Positions 63,414 to 64,000 of a DNA stretch of 64,000 nucleotides are shown piece after piece. Source of the stretch: Octopus sinensis (taxonomy: Eukaryota); assembly GCF_006345805.1 (NCBI RefSeq), contig NC_043003.1, positions 5,828,001 to 5,892,000 of the forward strand, in the 5' to 3' direction. The stretch's first letter is position 1. Each line of letters starts with the position of its first letter. A program made the position numbers and the translations under genes. The notes under the pieces are model-generated. The model did no database searches. It had not been told where the DNA came from and worked only from the letters and a program-made list of their open reading frames with translations.

Positions 63414-63798
63414 CTAGCAGTATCGCCCGGCGTTGCTCAGGTTTGTAAGGGAAATAACTATAAAGCATTTTTAGAGAGTTATAGCCAAAAAATAGCAAAA
63501 AAATGGAAAAAAATTATGGTAAATTTTTTTTTGATAGTTAAAAAAGGTGGAGTTGCGTCCCCTACACAGTTTGTGGTTTGAGTTCCTGATTCTCGACCCC
63601 ATGTCGAATTTATCGATTTTTTTCAGAACTGGGGGAACTTTTCAAAATTTTTGCTGCGTTAGTTTTGAATTATGACATTGGGCTATGTGTGTGTCAAGTT
63701 TCATCAGAATCGGTTGAAAGCCGTGGTCAGAGTGAGGGTACGAGAAAACAGACACACAGAAACACGCACAGACAAACTGCCGTTTATATAGAGAGAGA
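63414..63798 (-). mobile_element. Non-autonomous Helitron, copy 3, inserted at the tail of SINE A
   Basis: Same 3' terminus as the copies at 50576 and 50974; A|TC...CTAG|T target geometry. Confidence 0.8.
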
Positions 63799-64000
63799 TT
63801 ATTATTATTAGTAGTAGTTTTACTGCAGTTACTAGAAATGTAATACATTGTTTAATGGCGTGTAGATTGGTGAGAAACAATTCGGATTTTCGAGGTGTAA
63901 AGAGAGCAGCGTTTAATGATATCAAAAGATGTCATTTGTGCAAGTTTCTCTGTGTGATTGCCAGCTTAATAGGGTTGTCTTTGATTTCGGAAGCCTGGCA

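Overview
Repeat-dense, AT-rich eukaryotic genomic DNA; the SINE families and the (TA)n/(CA)n/(TATG)n/(TCTA)n microsatellite load look like Octopus (coleoid cephalopod), recognised by eye and not by database search. No complete protein-coding gene is present, and nearly all ORFs in the track are microsatellite or satellite artefacts. Supportable content: about 30 tRNA-derived SINE copies from 4-5 modular families; decayed non-LTR retroelements (RTE, CR1/L2-like, R4/Dong-like, Hero-like, an ORF1 with a zinc knuckle, Penelope-like RT); a mariner/maT fragment; a fossil Helitron helicase plus three non-autonomous Helitrons (two fused head-to-tail); a 3.1-kb 27-bp minisatellite; one 100-N gap; and one candidate minus-strand PH-domain exon (30234-30321). 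Most interesting: (1) two identical minimal type I hammerhead ribozymes, pointing outward in the ~1-kb arms of a 4.36-kb fold-back element (43355-47712), plus four variant hammerhead-like motifs elsewhere; (2) the minisatellite monomer reappears at both ends of an RT-deleted RTE LINE; (3) a perfect 221-bp palindrome; (4) an exact CTAG|TC tandem Helitron junction. All alignments, translations and folds were done by hand.
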